Below, one piece after another: positions 51,679-63,507 of a stretch of DNA of 64,000 nucleotides. Numbering within the stretch: the stretch's first letter is position 1; each line of letters starts with the position of its first letter. The notes beneath the pieces are model-generated. The model was not told the DNA's origin, did not search any database, and saw only the letters and a program-made list of their open reading frames with translations. The position numbers and the translations under genes are program-made. Location of the stretch: the NCBI GenBank assembly GCA_009693745.1, contig SHWR01000001.1:476-64475 (forward strand). The letters are read 5' to 3'. This stretch comes from Candidatus Fonsibacter sp. Lineage in GTDB: Bacteria > Pseudomonadota > Alphaproteobacteria > Pelagibacterales > Pelagibacteraceae.

Positions 51679-52757
51679 GATAAAATACTATTAATTTCTT
51701 TTTCAAAAATTTCATTAACGTTTGTTTTGGTTAATTCTTTTAATTTGCTCTTTTTTTCAAGTAACTTTTCTTTGTTAAGGATCAGTTCTTTTACTAAATC
51801 AAATAATTTTTCACTGTTTAGCTCCTGTTGATCAATAAGCCAACAAGCGTTTATTCTAAAAAAATAATCCGCATTATAAAATTGATGATTATCTAAAGAG
51901 TCTTTAAATGGGATCGCTATAAATGGTATCTGTAAAAAAGCTAACTCTGATAATGTTGAAGAGCCAGCTCTTGTAATAACCAAATCTGAAAGCATCATAT
52001 ATTTTTCAATATTTGGTTTAAAATTAAAAATAGTAACATTAGAATTATTTTTATAAGAAAAATCTATTTTTGATTCCTGCTCCTTATTTCCAGCTTGATG
52101 AAAAATTCTTATTTTTTTATTCAAATTAAATAATCTATTTAAGGATTGAGGCAGTGTTTTGCTAAAAATCTCTGCGCCTTGACTTCCACCAATAACAAGT
52201 AAAGTAAAATCAAAATTATTATCTTTTTTTAAATAATTATTATCTTTTGCTATATAAATTTGCTCTCTAATTAATTGTCCAACAAAATTAATTTTATTAT
52301 TATTATTTATATTTAAGTTCTTTAATGGATATCCTGTAAATATTTTTATCGAGCTATTTAAAAAAAATTTATTGACTCTTCCGACTACAGAGTTTGTTTC
52401 ATAAATAATAAATTTTTTATTAAGTAATCTTGCTGCTAATAAAATAGGAAAAGAAGCATACCCACCCGAGCCAATAATTAATTGTGGTTTCTTAAATAAA
52501 AGAAAAAAAATTGAATATAAAAATGAAATAAATATTAAAAATACTGAATAAATTAACCCTAAACCTTTTTTTCCTGTGAGTGTTCTTACATTAATAAATG
52601 TAATATTTCTTAGATTAATATTATTTATAAATTTCTTAGCTCTATAATCAGTAATAAGATCTACATTAAAATTTTTTTTTTCTAAATATTCGGCAATTGA
52701 TATGGCTGGAAATATATGGCCTCCAGTACCACCTGTACAAATTAAAATCTTTTTCAT
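51675..52757 (-). CDS. murG: Undecaprenyldiphospho-muramoylpentapeptide beta-N-acetylglucosaminyltransferase
   Basis: 360 aa. Has N-terminal GGTGGHIFPAISIA and C-terminal RAGSSTLSELA. Confidence 0.9.
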   Translation of the reverse strand: MKKILICTGGTGGHIFPAISIAEYLEKKNFNVDLITDYRAKKFINNINLRNITFINVRTLTGKKGLGLIYSVFLIFISFLYSIFFLLFKKPQLIIGSGGYASFPILLAARLLNKKFIIYETNSVVGRVNKFFLNSSIKIFTGYPLKNLNINNNNKINFVGQLIREQIYIAKDNNYLKKDNNFDFTLLVIGGSQGAEIFSKTLPQSLNRLFNLNKKIRIFHQAGNKEQESKIDFSYKNNSNVTIFNFKPNIEKYMMLSDLVITRAGSSTLSELAFLQIPFIAIPFKDSLDNHQFYNADYFFRINACWLIDQQELNSEKLFDLVKELILNKEKLLEKKSKLKELTKTNVNEIFEKEINSILS

Positions 52758-53881
52758 TAAGATAATTTTCTCTTAGTAAAACAAAGTAATATTCCAAATA
52801 TTATTCCACAGCCAATCATGGATGATCCTCCATAACTTATAAAAGGAAAGGTCATTCCTTTGTTTGGAAGAATATTTAAAGTAACTCCTAAGTTAATAAT
52901 AGATTGTAAATAAACTAGACAGGACAATCCTATTAACACTAATTTTCTAAAAGAATTGTTTTCACTATTAAATTGAGAAAAAGCTCTTAAAAAAATAAAA
53001 GTTATTATTAAAAAAATTATTAATATCATCAAAATACCAAATTCTTCGCCGATCACTGCTAAAACAAAATCAGTATGTGCCTCAGGAACTCTCTCTTTCA
53101 ATATTCCTTCGCCTATTCCTCTTCCTGTAAATCCACCTTGTTTTAATGCCTCCAGTGCTTTTTGCGTTTGCAAATTATCTCCTTTACTAGGATCAATAAA
53201 AGTTCTTAATCTTCTTAAAATATAAGAAAACCTATCGCTAAATAATAATATTACGGATGCTATTCCTAAAAAGATAACCAAACCTAAAAAAAAAAGAAGA
53301 ATAATACTAACTCCAGAAACAAATATTAAAATTAACCAAACTAAAAAAATTAATAAGCTTTGACCAACATCAGGCTGGTTTAGTAATAATAATAAAGAAA
53401 AAAATAATACACAAAAACTATAAAAAATTCTTAATTTAAGATCTCCTATCTGTGAATTAGAAATAATTAAAGAACACAATAAAACAAAAAAAGGTTTATA
53501 AATTTCAACTGGTTGAAATCTAAAAAAAATTAAATTTATCCATCTTTTAGAACCCTTAACCTCCACTCCGAAAATTAAGACTGATAACAATAAAAAGGAG
53601 GTAATAATAAAACCTAAAATACAATATTTCTCTATTTGCTTTGCGTCCAATAAAGACAAGAAAGCTAAAATTAAAAAACTTATAAATGCAAATAAAATAT
53701 GTTTTGCTAATAAAAGATAATCTGTTTTATATATTCTTTCTGAAGCAATATTAGAAGTAGACGTATAAGCAAAAAATATTCCTAAAAATATTAAAGAAAT
53801 TATTAAAATAAAAAGTAGTTTATCAATATTTCTCCACCATAAAGCCAGTTGATTAGTATTGGTTCTGCCAAGATTTATCAT
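52757..53881 (-). CDS. ftsW: Peptidoglycan glycosyltransferase FtsW (SEDS family)
   Basis: 374 aa and about 10 TM. SEDS motifs RFQPVEIYKP, PEAHTDFVLAVIGEEFG and SYGGSSM. Confidence 0.9.
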   Translation of the reverse strand: MINLGRTNTNQLALWWRNIDKLLFILIISLIFLGIFFAYTSTSNIASERIYKTDYLLLAKHILFAFISFLILAFLSLLDAKQIEKYCILGFIITSFLLLSVLIFGVEVKGSKRWINLIFFRFQPVEIYKPFFVLLCSLIISNSQIGDLKLRIFYSFCVLFFSLLLLLNQPDVGQSLLIFLVWLILIFVSGVSIILLFFLGLVIFLGIASVILLFSDRFSYILRRLRTFIDPSKGDNLQTQKALEALKQGGFTGRGIGEGILKERVPEAHTDFVLAVIGEEFGILMILIIFLIITFIFLRAFSQFNSENNSFRKLVLIGLSCLVYLQSIINLGVTLNILPNKGMTFPFISYGGSSMIGCGIIFGILLCFTKRKLS

Positions 53882-55179
53882 GAATATTTTTTTACTAACT
53901 GTTTAAAGGTATTTCCTCGATGTTCAAAATTTTTATACTGATCAAAAGAAGCAGCTGAAGGGCTTAATAATATAACTTGTTTTGAATTAGGGTAATTTTT
54001 TGCTTCACTTAAAGCTGATAGCAATGCATTCTTAAGAGAGCGGCTAGCATTATACTTTATAGTATTTTTAATTTGTTTTAAAAAAAAATTTATATTTTTT
54101 CCTATAATGTAAGCTTTCAATATAGATTTTCTAAATTTACCAACAATTATTTTATCTTTTGCTTTTGCAAGTCCTCCTACAATCCAATGAATATTTTTAT
54201 AATTATTTAAAGCGACTTCAGTTGATGAAAAATTTGTTGCTTTAGAGTCATTTATAAAAGTTAAATTATTTTTTATCTTGATAATTTCTTGTCTATGAGG
54301 AAGTCCTTTAAAATTTTTAACGGTTTTTAAATAAGCATGATTTGAAACTTTAAATAATTTTGCAATTTGCAAGACAATATAAAGAAAATTTTTAAAATGA
54401 AGTCCTTTTAGCTGTGCACTAATTAAATCATCTTTAATATAATAATGAATATTTTTTTTTATTAATTTAATGTTTTTTTGATTATATTTCTCAGATTTTA
54501 AAACTTTAAATATTATAGACTGCTTATCATTGCTCAAATCTAAAAAACCAATTCCTGTCTGCTTTAATCCTTTAAAAATTTTAAGCTTAGCTGAAATATA
54601 TTTGCTAAAACTCTCATGTCTTTCAATATGATCCGGGCTAACATTTAACAAAATTGAAACCGAGCTTGATAAGCGTGAGGAATAGTCGAGCTGATAAGAT
54701 GACAGTTCAAGTACAAAAATTGCCGATTTTTCTTTATATGGTAAAGCTAAGACGGGAGTTCCGTAATTTCCTCCAATATAAACCTGCTTTTTTGAATTTT
54801 TTAATAACTCATAAATTAATTTACACATGGTGGATTTACCATTGGTGCCGGTTACCATAATAACTTTTTGATTTTTAATAGAGCTACAAAATAAATCTAA
54901 ATCAGTAATAATTTTATTTTTATTTTTCTGAAAAAAACATTTTTTTGAATGTGAATAAATATTAATTCCTGGCGATATGACTATAAAATCATAACTGCTC
55001 TTAAACCAATCTTTGTTTACTCGATATCTATCTTTAAATTTTTTTCTTAATTGTTTACTATCATCCCAGCATTCAATATTGGCTTTATTTTTTTGCAGCT
55101 GAGATAAAGTTGCATTACCACTAATGCCAAGACCAAAAACTAAAAATTTTTTTTGGCTACACTGTTCTAGAGAGAGCAT
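53878..55179 (-). CDS. murD: UDP-N-acetylmuramoylalanine--D-glutamate ligase
   Basis: 433 aa. Contains FGLGISG and GTNGKST. Canonical position between mraY and ftsW. Confidence 0.9.
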   Translation of the reverse strand: MLSLEQCSQKKFLVFGLGISGNATLSQLQKNKANIECWDDSKQLRKKFKDRYRVNKDWFKSSYDFIVISPGINIYSHSKKCFFQKNKNKIITDLDLFCSSIKNQKVIMVTGTNGKSTMCKLIYELLKNSKKQVYIGGNYGTPVLALPYKEKSAIFVLELSSYQLDYSSRLSSSVSILLNVSPDHIERHESFSKYISAKLKIFKGLKQTGIGFLDLSNDKQSIIFKVLKSEKYNQKNIKLIKKNIHYYIKDDLISAQLKGLHFKNFLYIVLQIAKLFKVSNHAYLKTVKNFKGLPHRQEIIKIKNNLTFINDSKATNFSSTEVALNNYKNIHWIVGGLAKAKDKIIVGKFRKSILKAYIIGKNINFFLKQIKNTIKYNASRSLKNALLSALSEAKNYPNSKQVILLSPSAASFDQYKNFEHRGNTFKQLVKKYS

Positions 55180-56267
55180 TATCTTAATTTAAGAGATGCA
55201 AGACCTACCAAAGCAAAAACTATCGCTATAATCCAAAAACGAATTACAATTGTAGATTCGCTCCAGCCTTTTTTTTCAAAATGATGATGTAAAGGAGCCA
55301 TCTGAAAAACTCTTTTTCCTGTTAATTTAAAAGAGAGAACTTGAATAATAACTGACAAAGATTCTAGTACAAAAAGTCCACCCACAATTGCAAGAACTAT
55401 TTCATGCTTAGTTATAATTCCAATAGCTCCGAGTGCTGCCCCCAAAGACAATGAACCAGTATCTCCCATGAAAACTTTAGCCGGGGGAGAATTAAACCAT
55501 AAAAATCCTAAGCCGGCTCCTATCATTGCTCCTAAAAAAATACAAATTTCTCCTGTATTTTTAATATAAGCTAACTGAAGATATTTTGAAAAAATAATGT
55601 TGCCTGAAACATAAGCTATAAATGCAAAAGTCAGTGCAACAAGAATGACTGGAACGATCGCTAGTCCATCAAGACCATCTGTTAAATTAACGGCATTAGA
55701 TGAACCAACAATAACCGCTAAACCAAATATAAAATAAAAAATTCCAATATTTAAAATAAAATTCTTAAATAACGGAAAATAAATTTTATAATTATGCTCT
55801 ACTTCAGTATTTAAAATTATTAAATATATAACAACTATACCGCTTAAAATTTGTAAAAATAATTTTAATTTAGCACTAATCCCCCTAAAATTATTTTTGA
55901 TAACTTTTAAATAATCATCAACAAAACCTATTGTTCCAAAACATAGTAAACAAAAAATTAAAATTAAAATATATTTATTTGTAAGATCGGCCCACAACAA
56001 GGTTGAAAATAAGATGCTTAAAATAATTATCAATCCCCCCATGGTAGGAGTTCCTGATTTTTTTATAATATGTGATAAAGGGCCGTCATTACGTATAGGC
56101 TGACCATATTTTTGAAATGATTTTAACTTAGTAATTAAACTTTCTCCAATTAAAAGTATAAAAGCTAATGAAGTAACGACTGAAATACCAGTTCTAAAAG
56201 TAATATATTTAAAAACATTAAAAACACTTACTTCAGATGAAAAATATTTAAAAAAAAAATAAAGCAT
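55179..56267 (-). CDS. mraY: Phospho-N-acetylmuramoyl-pentapeptide transferase
   Basis: 362 aa. Contains [20 protein letters not shown], and [10 protein letters not shown]. Confidence 0.95.
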   Translation of the reverse strand: MLYFFFKYFSSEVSVFNVFKYITFRTGISVVTSLAFILLIGESLITKLKSFQKYGQPIRNDGPLSHIIKKSGTPTMGGLIIILSILFSTLLWADLTNKYILILIFCLLCFGTIGFVDDYLKVIKNNFRGISAKLKLFLQILSGIVVIYLIILNTEVEHNYKIYFPLFKNFILNIGIFYFIFGLAVIVGSSNAVNLTDGLDGLAIVPVILVALTFAFIAYVSGNIIFSKYLQLAYIKNTGEICIFLGAMIGAGLGFLWFNSPPAKVFMGDTGSLSLGAALGAIGIITKHEIVLAIVGGLFVLESLSVIIQVLSFKLTGKRVFQMAPLHHHFEKKGWSESTIVIRFWIIAIVFALVGLASLKLR

Positions 56268-56269
56268 TA

Positions 56270-57616
56270 TTAAAATTTGTTAAAAAAATTAAACAAACCA
56301 ATTCTATTTGATGATTTAACTAACAAAATATCATTATTCTCTAAAAGTTTGAAAATATTTTCTTTGAGAAAACTAATATTTTTAATCAAAAGCCCTCTTT
56401 TGCTATGATTTAGCTTTTGATAAGCGTGCCTAATCTCTGAACCTATGCAATAAACTTTGTCTATATTAGTTTTGTTTAATATTTTTGCTGCTTGTTGATG
56501 ATAATATTTTGATCGTTTTCCAAGTTCTAACATATCACCCATAATCAAAATTTTTCTTTGATTATTTTTTTTTCTTAGTGAAAAATTATTAATTGCTTCA
56601 TTAAGAGATGTTGGATTAGAGTTATAACTATCATTAATTAAAAGAATTTTTTTATTTTTAATTTTAATTTTTTTTTCATTTCCTCTGCCTTCTGTAATTT
56701 TAAAATTATTAAAATTATCTTTTAAAAAATTTATATTATGATTTAAATAATAATGAACACATAATGTTGCTGCTACATTATATAAATAAGACTTGCTAAA
56801 ATTTTTTATTTTAAATTTAATTATTTTATTCTTTATTTTAAAAAATATTTTTTCTCTATTTTTTTTTATCTGAATATCTGATTTTGAAAAACCAAAAGTT
56901 ATTATTTTAATATTTTTATCTTTTGCAATTTTTTTAAGAGAATTAAAAAATTTATCATCTTTATTTAAAATAATAACTCCATTTTGAGAAATGCCATTCA
57001 TAATCTCTGCTTTTGCTTTGCAAATTTCAAAAATATTATTAAAATTTTCTAAATGAGCAGGACCAATATTAGTTATAATTGCGACATGCGGTTTTACTAA
57101 ATTAACAAGGTTATCAATTTCACCTTTTGAACTCATTCCAAGCTCAAAAATTCCATATTTATTATCAGAACTTAAATTTGCTAAAGAATAAGGAACTCCA
57201 AAATGATTATTAAAAGATTTACGTGAGCAATACGTCTTTCCAAACTTATGTAATGAACTATTTAATAAATTTTTTAATGAAGTTTTTCCACAACTACCAG
57301 TTATAGCTACAATCTTAGCTTCGCTTCTCTGTCTTGCGTAGGATGCTAAATCTCTTAAACTTTCTAAAGTATTCTGAGTTCTTAGCGATCTTTTATTTTT
57401 AACTGTTTTACTAACGATAGCTAAATTATTACTATTTTTTAAAACTTTTTTAACATATCGATGACCATCGTCATTATTTCCTTTTATTGCAAAAAATATT
57501 TCTCTATTTGAAACTTCTCTACTATCTATTGCAACTTTATTAAAAAATGACTTATTATTTACATCTGAATTAAAAACTGCATTAAGTTCCTCACCTGAAT
57601 AAAGATACTTTGTCAT
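56270..57616 (-). CDS. murF: UDP-N-acetylmuramoyl-tripeptide--D-alanyl-D-alanine ligase
   Basis: 448 aa. Has the P-loop [15 protein letters not shown], and the canonical position. Confidence 0.9.
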   Translation of the reverse strand: MTKYLYSGEELNAVFNSDVNNKSFFNKVAIDSREVSNREIFFAIKGNNDDGHRYVKKVLKNSNNLAIVSKTVKNKRSLRTQNTLESLRDLASYARQRSEAKIVAITGSCGKTSLKNLLNSSLHKFGKTYCSRKSFNNHFGVPYSLANLSSDNKYGIFELGMSSKGEIDNLVNLVKPHVAIITNIGPAHLENFNNIFEICKAKAEIMNGISQNGVIILNKDDKFFNSLKKIAKDKNIKIITFGFSKSDIQIKKNREKIFFKIKNKIIKFKIKNFSKSYLYNVAATLCVHYYLNHNINFLKDNFNNFKITEGRGNEKKIKIKNKKILLINDSYNSNPTSLNEAINNFSLRKKNNQRKILIMGDMLELGKRSKYYHQQAAKILNKTNIDKVYCIGSEIRHAYQKLNHSKRGLLIKNISFLKENIFKLLENNDILLVKSSNRIGLFNFFNKF

Positions 57617-57617
57617 T

Positions 57618-59018
57618 TTAGTTTAAAAAATTTTCAGATACTTTTTGATCAGAAAAATATTTTTTTTGATTATTTATTATCTGATAATTTTCATGTCCTT
57701 TTCCAGCAATCAATAAAATACTATTAGTCTCAAGATTCTTAATAGCTGATTTAATCGCCATTTTTCTATCTAATATAACCTTTGATCTTGAACACCCTTT
57801 TTTAATTTGCCTAATAATAGAAGTAGGATTTTCAGATCTGGGATTATCATTCGTTAGATATATTTTATGAGCGAATTGATCTGCTATTTTCCCCATTTTA
57901 TATCTTTTTCCTTTGTCTCGATCACCACCGCACCCAAATACAACATCTACTTTTTTATTAAACTGCTTTTTTAATGTTTGAATACTCTTTTTTAAAGCAT
58001 CTGGAGTGTGAGCGTAATCAACCACTACAGCTGATTTTTTTTTACTACCTACATACTGCATCCTACCAGTCGCAGACCTTATTTTGGATAAAATGTTAAT
58101 AATTTTATTTGTATTTTTAACAGATACATAGGAAGCTATCATTGCTGCAAATAAATTTTTAATTTGAAAATCTCCTAATAGATTAACTCTTATATTATAT
58201 ATATTATTTAAAAAATTAATTTTTACTAACTGCTGCTTTCCTAAAAAATAATGTGAAATTAATTTAATTATATTTCCTTTAGATCCGAAGGATAGAATGT
58301 TTATTTTTCTTTTTTTACAAATTTTACTTAATACGGAATATTCAGGAATATCAGAGTCTAGAATAGCAAAAGATTTTTTTTTTAATAAAGAACTAAAAAG
58401 ATAAAGCTTAGATTTTAAATAATTTTTTAAATTTTTATGATAATCTAAATGATCCTGCGTAAAATTTGTAAAAATTCCGACTTTAAAATTAATATTATCT
58501 AATCTATTTTGATGAAGTCCATGACTAGAAGCCTCTAAACATACATTATCAATTTTATTTTTTTTAAGAAAATTTAATTCTTTATGAACTGTAATAACAT
58601 CAGGAGTTGTAAGATTACTTTTTTTAACTTTATTCTTATAAAGAATACCAAGAGTACCAATAACTGCTGAATTTATTTTAAGATTTCTTAGAATTTGAAA
58701 ATAAAAATTAGCAACAGATGATTTTCCATTTGTTCCTGTTACTGCAATTATATTATTTGGTTTTTCTTTATATTTTACAGAACATGCTTCTGCTAAAAAT
58801 TTTCTAACATTTTTCACTATTAAATAATTTTTATTTTTTATATTTTTACTTGTAACAACTTTAGAAGCTCCTTTTGATAAAGCTTCTGAAGAATATAAAT
58901 TTCCTGATTGTTTTGAACCGTCAATTGCAAAAAAAATATCATTTTTTTTTACATTTTTTGAGTTAATAGAAAAATCTCTATTTTGATATTTTAAAAATTT
59001 AATTTTTTTACTTAACAT
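57618..59018 (-). CDS. murE: UDP-N-acetylmuramoyl-L-alanyl-D-glutamate--2,6-diaminopimelate ligase
   Basis: 466 aa. Contains GTNGKSS, VDYAHTPDAL, and DNPR (LTNDNPRSE, the DAP-specificity region). Confidence 0.9.
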   Translation of the reverse strand: MLSKKIKFLKYQNRDFSINSKNVKKNDIFFAIDGSKQSGNLYSSEALSKGASKVVTSKNIKNKNYLIVKNVRKFLAEACSVKYKEKPNNIIAVTGTNGKSSVANFYFQILRNLKINSAVIGTLGILYKNKVKKSNLTTPDVITVHKELNFLKKNKIDNVCLEASSHGLHQNRLDNINFKVGIFTNFTQDHLDYHKNLKNYLKSKLYLFSSLLKKKSFAILDSDIPEYSVLSKICKKRKINILSFGSKGNIIKLISHYFLGKQQLVKINFLNNIYNIRVNLLGDFQIKNLFAAMIASYVSVKNTNKIINILSKIRSATGRMQYVGSKKKSAVVVDYAHTPDALKKSIQTLKKQFNKKVDVVFGCGGDRDKGKRYKMGKIADQFAHKIYLTNDNPRSENPTSIIRQIKKGCSRSKVILDRKMAIKSAIKNLETNSILLIAGKGHENYQIINNQKKYFSDQKVSENFLN

Positions 59019-60714
59019 TCAGAGCAATATTATAATTCTTTGAAGTCAAAATAGGTCCTATTCTTTTTATAATTGTCGCTGCTGTTGGAACGACATTCCA
59101 TCCTGAATCTGATTTGTAAAAGCCTTTACTAGGAATAGCTTTTGGTTCATCAATCATAACTAATAATAAATACTCTGGTTTTTCTTCAGGATATGCTGAG
59201 ACAAAGACAGTCATCACATCTTTTGAGTAGCCTTTCGATGTTGTAGAAACTTTAATAGCTGTTCCTGTCTTTCCTATAACTGAATAACCATTAACATCAG
59301 CTTTTTTAGCGGTACCTTGCATAGGATCTTCCTTATCAACTACCCTTCTAAGCATTTTAACCATTTTCTTACTCGTTTCTTCACTAATAATTCTTTCTTT
59401 TTTTGTATTTTGATTTTGTTTCACTAAAGTTGGATAAATTTTATATCCACCATTTATTAATGATGCATAAGCTGATGCTAACTGTATTGGAGTGGTACTA
59501 ATTCCATGACCATAAGAAGCTGTCGCTAAAGTACAATTATCCCATTTCATTGGCAAAGATTTCCCTTTTTCTGGAAGTTCAACGGATGCTTTTTCAAATA
59601 TTCCTAACTTGGTCAAAAAATTTTTATGATTTTCAATTCCAATTTTTTCTATTATTTTTATTGTACCTATATTAGATGATTTTACTAAAATTTCTGTGGT
59701 AGTAAGATCTCTTTTTAAATTTTTATCATGTTCATTAATAGGCTGAGTAATACCACAATTATATACTTGTTTTTCTAGATTCTTAAATAAAGTATTCTCA
59801 TCAATAAGCTTTAATTCTAGTGCATTTGCGATTGTCAAAGCTTTAAATACTGATCCTAATTCGTAAACCCCAAGAGTAATTTTATTTAAATATTTATCAT
59901 CATTCATTAATGCTCTTCTGTTGATGTCAAAATCTGGCAAAGAAACTAATGATATTATTTCTCCAGAATTAACATTCATAAGAAGGGACGCTGCTCCTTT
60001 TGCTGAATAATCTGCGATAGCTTTTTCTAGCGCATCTCTCACTTGCGATTGTATCATTGTGTCTAGTGTAATTTGAAAAGAACTATCAGAAAATTTTTTA
60101 TTGAAAATCTGATTATTAAAATGATTTTCAACTCCTGAGATACCCTTATTATCCTCATCTGTTTGCCCTAATATATGACTAAATAAATTTCTCTGAGGAT
60201 AAATTCTAACCTGTCTTTTACTTAGTTCTATTGCAGGTTCACCTAGCATAATTGCTTTTTTATACTCGATATGATCAAGTTTTTTCTTAAGAACTAATCT
60301 TTTTTTCTCTACACTTTCTTTTTGAATTTCATTTATATTTAAGCCTGGAAATTGAGATTTTAATTTAATTAAAAGTTGAGGTAAATCTTTTGTCTTATCT
60401 ACTTTTAAAACAAGATCATAAATATCAATATTTTTAGCTATTAATAAATTAGATCTATCAACAATATCTCTTCTTTGGCTGTAGTCTTTGTCAATAATAA
60501 AATCGTCAAAATTAATCTCATTACTTCTGTTAATACCAAGATACAAAAGCTTTAATAAAATTACTAAAAATACAAAGAAAAATATTTTAAATATAAAATT
60601 TGCTCTAGAACTAAATAAGGAGTGAATACTATTTATATTATTTTCATTATCGTTTTTAATAAAATTCTGAAAATAAAAGCTTTTTTGTTTATTATTATTT
60701 AGTTTATTTTTCAT
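59008..60714 (-). CDS. ftsI: Peptidoglycan D,D-transpeptidase FtsI (PBP3)
   Basis: 568 aa. N-terminal TM helix, SxxK (GSVFK), SxN (KSSNIG) and KTG (GKTGTA). Confidence 0.9.
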   Translation of the reverse strand: MKNKLNNNKQKSFYFQNFIKNDNENNINSIHSLFSSRANFIFKIFFFVFLVILLKLLYLGINRSNEINFDDFIIDKDYSQRRDIVDRSNLLIAKNIDIYDLVLKVDKTKDLPQLLIKLKSQFPGLNINEIQKESVEKKRLVLKKKLDHIEYKKAIMLGEPAIELSKRQVRIYPQRNLFSHILGQTDEDNKGISGVENHFNNQIFNKKFSDSSFQITLDTMIQSQVRDALEKAIADYSAKGAASLLMNVNSGEIISLVSLPDFDINRRALMNDDKYLNKITLGVYELGSVFKALTIANALELKLIDENTLFKNLEKQVYNCGITQPINEHDKNLKRDLTTTEILVKSSNIGTIKIIEKIGIENHKNFLTKLGIFEKASVELPEKGKSLPMKWDNCTLATASYGHGISTTPIQLASAYASLINGGYKIYPTLVKQNQNTKKERIISEETSKKMVKMLRRVVDKEDPMQGTAKKADVNGYSVIGKTGTAIKVSTTSKGYSKDVMTVFVSAYPEEKPEYLLLVMIDEPKAIPSKGFYKSDSGWNVVPTAATIIKRIGPILTSKNYNIALNVK

Positions 60715-60973
60715 TTAAGTATTTAAAATTAGTTTTATCCATTTCAATATAGTCTGAAGATAAATGTTGTTTAGCTAATTTTTTTACTCTTTCAGGAGAA
60801 GCAAGATAATTATTCTCTAGTTTTTCATTTTTTAATTTTTCAACTAGATCCGTCTGTTCTTGCTTTAATTTAAGTATTTCTTTTTCTAGATCACGAGTTT
60901 TATTCTTAATATAAGACACGCATATTGTTCCAAAAATAACTATAAATAATAAAATTATTATTTGTTTACGCAT
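60704..60973 (-). CDS. ftsL: Cell division protein FtsL
   Basis: 89 aa. One TM helix followed by a coiled-coil/leucine-zipper-like segment (LEKEILKLKQEQTDLVEKLKNEKLE). Canonical position between rsmH and ftsI. Confidence 0.6.
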   Translation of the reverse strand: MRKQIIILLFIVIFGTICVSYIKNKTRDLEKEILKLKQEQTDLVEKLKNEKLENNYLASPERVKKLAKQHLSSDYIEMDKTNFKYLNEK

Positions 60974-61983
60974 ATTTCTTCTATCTGGAAATATTTTTCG
61001 AGATTTAAATATGATCTTTTAAATTCAAAAGAATGATCTTGAATTTTAATCGCGCTTCTTAATTTTGCAGATCTTGATCTATTATTATTATTTATCTCTT
61101 TTTTCGATACAATAATAGGTTTTCTGTCTTTAATTTCCAATATGTTAAAATTTTCATTTTTATTACTTTCTGGCAAATAGCGTGATGTTCCTTTTGTCTT
61201 GTTTGAAAAAATATCAAAAATTTTTTTAACAATTTTATCTTCTAAAGAATGAAAGGTAATAACAACTATTTTTCCATGTATAGATAAATTTTTTATTGCT
61301 GAAATTAAACCTTTATAAAGTTCCGATAATTCTTGATTAACAATCATTCTGATTGCTTGAAAAATTTTTGCACAAGAATCTACTTTGTTATATTTGCTAT
61401 TTTTGTATCTTTTAGCTCTTAAAATAATTTCTGCCAACTCTTGTGTTGAGCTTATTTCTTTATCTTGTCTTTTTTGCACTATAAGTTTTGCGATTAATCC
61501 TGAATCTTTATCTTCTCCAAATAAACTAAAAATATTTCTTAAATCTTTTTGATTAAGTTTATTTACAATATCATGTGCTGAGATATTATTTTTTCCCATA
61601 GTCATTTTTAACAATCCATCTTGTCGATAAGAAAAGCCTCTTTCAGGATTGTCGATTTGAAAAGAAGAAAGACCTAGATCGAAAATTATTGCAACAGGTT
61701 TGTTCTGCAAATTTCTTTCTTTTAAAATATTTTCTAAATTACTAAATTTATCAATTATAAATTCAAATCTATTCCTATAATTTTTTTTTATTTCTTTAGA
61801 AAAAGATTCAACAAAATCGTCACGGTCAATAGAAATAACCCTTGTATTTTTTTCAGATAATATTTTTTTGGTAAAACTTCCGCCTCCAAAAGTACAATCA
61901 ATATAAATGCCAGATTTATAAGGAGCTAGTATTTTATCGATATCCTCCGACATCACTGGAATGTGTTTAAATTCCAGTGACAT
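60958..61983 (-). CDS. rsmH: 16S rRNA (cytosine1402-N4)-methyltransferase
   Basis: 341 aa. Contains HIPVM, DCTFGGGS, FDLGLSSFQ, and ITFHSLEDKIVK. Confidence 0.9.
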   Translation of the reverse strand: MSLEFKHIPVMSEDIDKILAPYKSGIYIDCTFGGGSFTKKILSEKNTRVISIDRDDFVESFSKEIKKNYRNRFEFIIDKFSNLENILKERNLQNKPVAIIFDLGLSSFQIDNPERGFSYRQDGLLKMTMGKNNISAHDIVNKLNQKDLRNIFSLFGEDKDSGLIAKLIVQKRQDKEISSTQELAEIILRAKRYKNSKYNKVDSCAKIFQAIRMIVNQELSELYKGLISAIKNLSIHGKIVVITFHSLEDKIVKKIFDIFSNKTKGTSRYLPESNKNENFNILEIKDRKPIIVSKKEINNNNRSRSAKLRSAIKIQDHSFEFKRSYLNLEKYFQIEEICVNK

Positions 61984-62009
61984 AAGATAATTTTTTCTTT
62001 AATTAATCT

Positions 62010-63467
62010 CTAATTAGTTTGACGTCTCAAAAAAGCAGGAATTTCTAAATCTGCTTTTTCTGCGTCCGTAAGATCATGTCCTAAATCTTTAAAAAATTGA
62101 GAGGATCCTTCTTTATCATCAGAAATACCTTTTAAATTTTCATCTTCTGAAAATAGTTTTGGAAAAGATTTAACCTCTTCAACTATTTGCATATTTTCCT
62201 TTTCATTTAATACGCTTAAATCCTTAGAAGAAATTTTTTGTTCTAGAGCAGTGTTAGAATTTATAGCTTGCTCTTGAACATCCATATGTTTCAATGCTTG
62301 ATTATTTATTTCGGCAGCATGTGCAGTTTCTTGAAACATATCAAGAGCTGTTGCTCCATTGGTCATTGCTTGTGGAGCGTTCTGAGTTGTATAATTTGGA
62401 ACAAAAGATTGCTGATTTTTATTATAAATATTGCTGTATCCATTGTTCCTATTATTAATGTGTCTCATCATACTAACTACTGGTTTATTACTAATTGCGG
62501 CTTCTCCGCCTAGGCCAGTTGCAACAATTGACACTCTCATTTTTCCCTCTAAAGCATCTTCAAAGGTAGAGCCTACTAAAATTTCAGCTGAAGGATCAAC
62601 TTCCGCTCTTATTTTATTAGCAGCCTCATCAACTTCGAATAGAGTAATATCATTACCACCAGTAATATTTATAAGAAGACCTCTTGCACCTTTTAATGAA
62701 TAATCATCAATTAATGGGTTAGACAGAGCCGCCTCTGCGGACATTATTGCTCTCTTGTCTCCTTCTGCTTCTCCAGTTCCCATCATAGCTTTGCCCATAC
62801 CTTTCATGACTGTTTCGATATCAGCAAAATCTAGATTGATAAGACCTGGCTTAACAATTAAATCTGTAACTCCTCTAACGCCTTGCATTAAAACATTGTC
62901 GGCCATTTTAAATGCTTGGGGAAAAGTAGTTTTTTCATTAGCAACTTTAAATAAATTTTGATTAGGAATTATAATGCTTGTATCAACATATTTTTTTAAT
63001 TCTTCCAAACCTCTTTCAGCAGCTTTTAATCTTCCAGGACCTTCGAAAACAAAAGGCTTCGTTACCACCGCTACTGTTAATAAATTTAAATCTTTAGCTG
63101 CTCGAGCAATTACGGGCGCAGCACCTGTTCCTGTACCACCGCCCATTCCGGCAGTAATGAAAACCATATTTGCGCCTTGTAAAAGATTTATTAATTCATT
63201 TAAAGTTTCTTCTGCAGCTGCTTGGCCAATATCAGATTTTGCTCCAGCTCCTAGCCCTCTAGTTAAATTTGTTCCAAGTTGAATTTTACATGGTGCTTTA
63301 TTAAACTTTAGAGCTTGAGCATCAGTGTTTACAGCAACAAATTCAACACCCTGAACTCCGCAATCCATCATATTGTTAATTGCGTTACCTCCTGCTCCTC
63401 CAACTCCTAGAACAACTATTCTAGGTTTTAATTCTCTTAATTCTGGTACATTTATTTTTATTGTCAT
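62010..63467 (-). CDS. ftsZ: Cell division GTPase FtsZ
   Basis: 485 aa. Contains [13 protein letters not shown], the tubulin signature [15 protein letters not shown], a long Q/N-rich linker, and the C-terminal conserved peptide [17 protein letters not shown] (complement of 63474-63479) lies 6 nt upstream of the ATG. Confidence 0.97.
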   Translation of the reverse strand: MTIKINVPELRELKPRIVVLGVGGAGGNAINNMMDCGVQGVEFVAVNTDAQALKFNKAPCKIQLGTNLTRGLGAGAKSDIGQAAAEETLNELINLLQGANMVFITAGMGGGTGTGAAPVIARAAKDLNLLTVAVVTKPFVFEGPGRLKAAERGLEELKKYVDTSIIIPNQNLFKVANEKTTFPQAFKMADNVLMQGVRGVTDLIVKPGLINLDFADIETVMKGMGKAMMGTGEAEGDKRAIMSAEAALSNPLIDDYSLKGARGLLINITGGNDITLFEVDEAANKIRAEVDPSAEILVGSTFEDALEGKMRVSIVATGLGGEAAISNKPVVSMMRHINNRNNGYSNIYNKNQQSFVPNYTTQNAPQAMTNGATALDMFQETAHAAEINNQALKHMDVQEQAINSNTALEQKISSKDLSVLNEKENMQIVEEVKSFPKLFSEDENLKGISDDKEGSSQFFKDLGHDLTDAEKADLEIPAFLRRQTN

Positions 63468-63507
63468 TTGCGTCTCCTTTTATTTTATTGTTATTTGTTA
63501 ATATTCA

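Noticed and set aside
62268-63282. A chain of four plus-strand ORFs (62268-62513, 62431-62703, 62755-62961, 62974-63282) antisense to ftsZ.
   Set aside because: They lie entirely within an unambiguous ftsZ. Their translations are low-complexity mirror products of Gly/Ala-rich codons and they have no start context. These are typical shadow ORFs.
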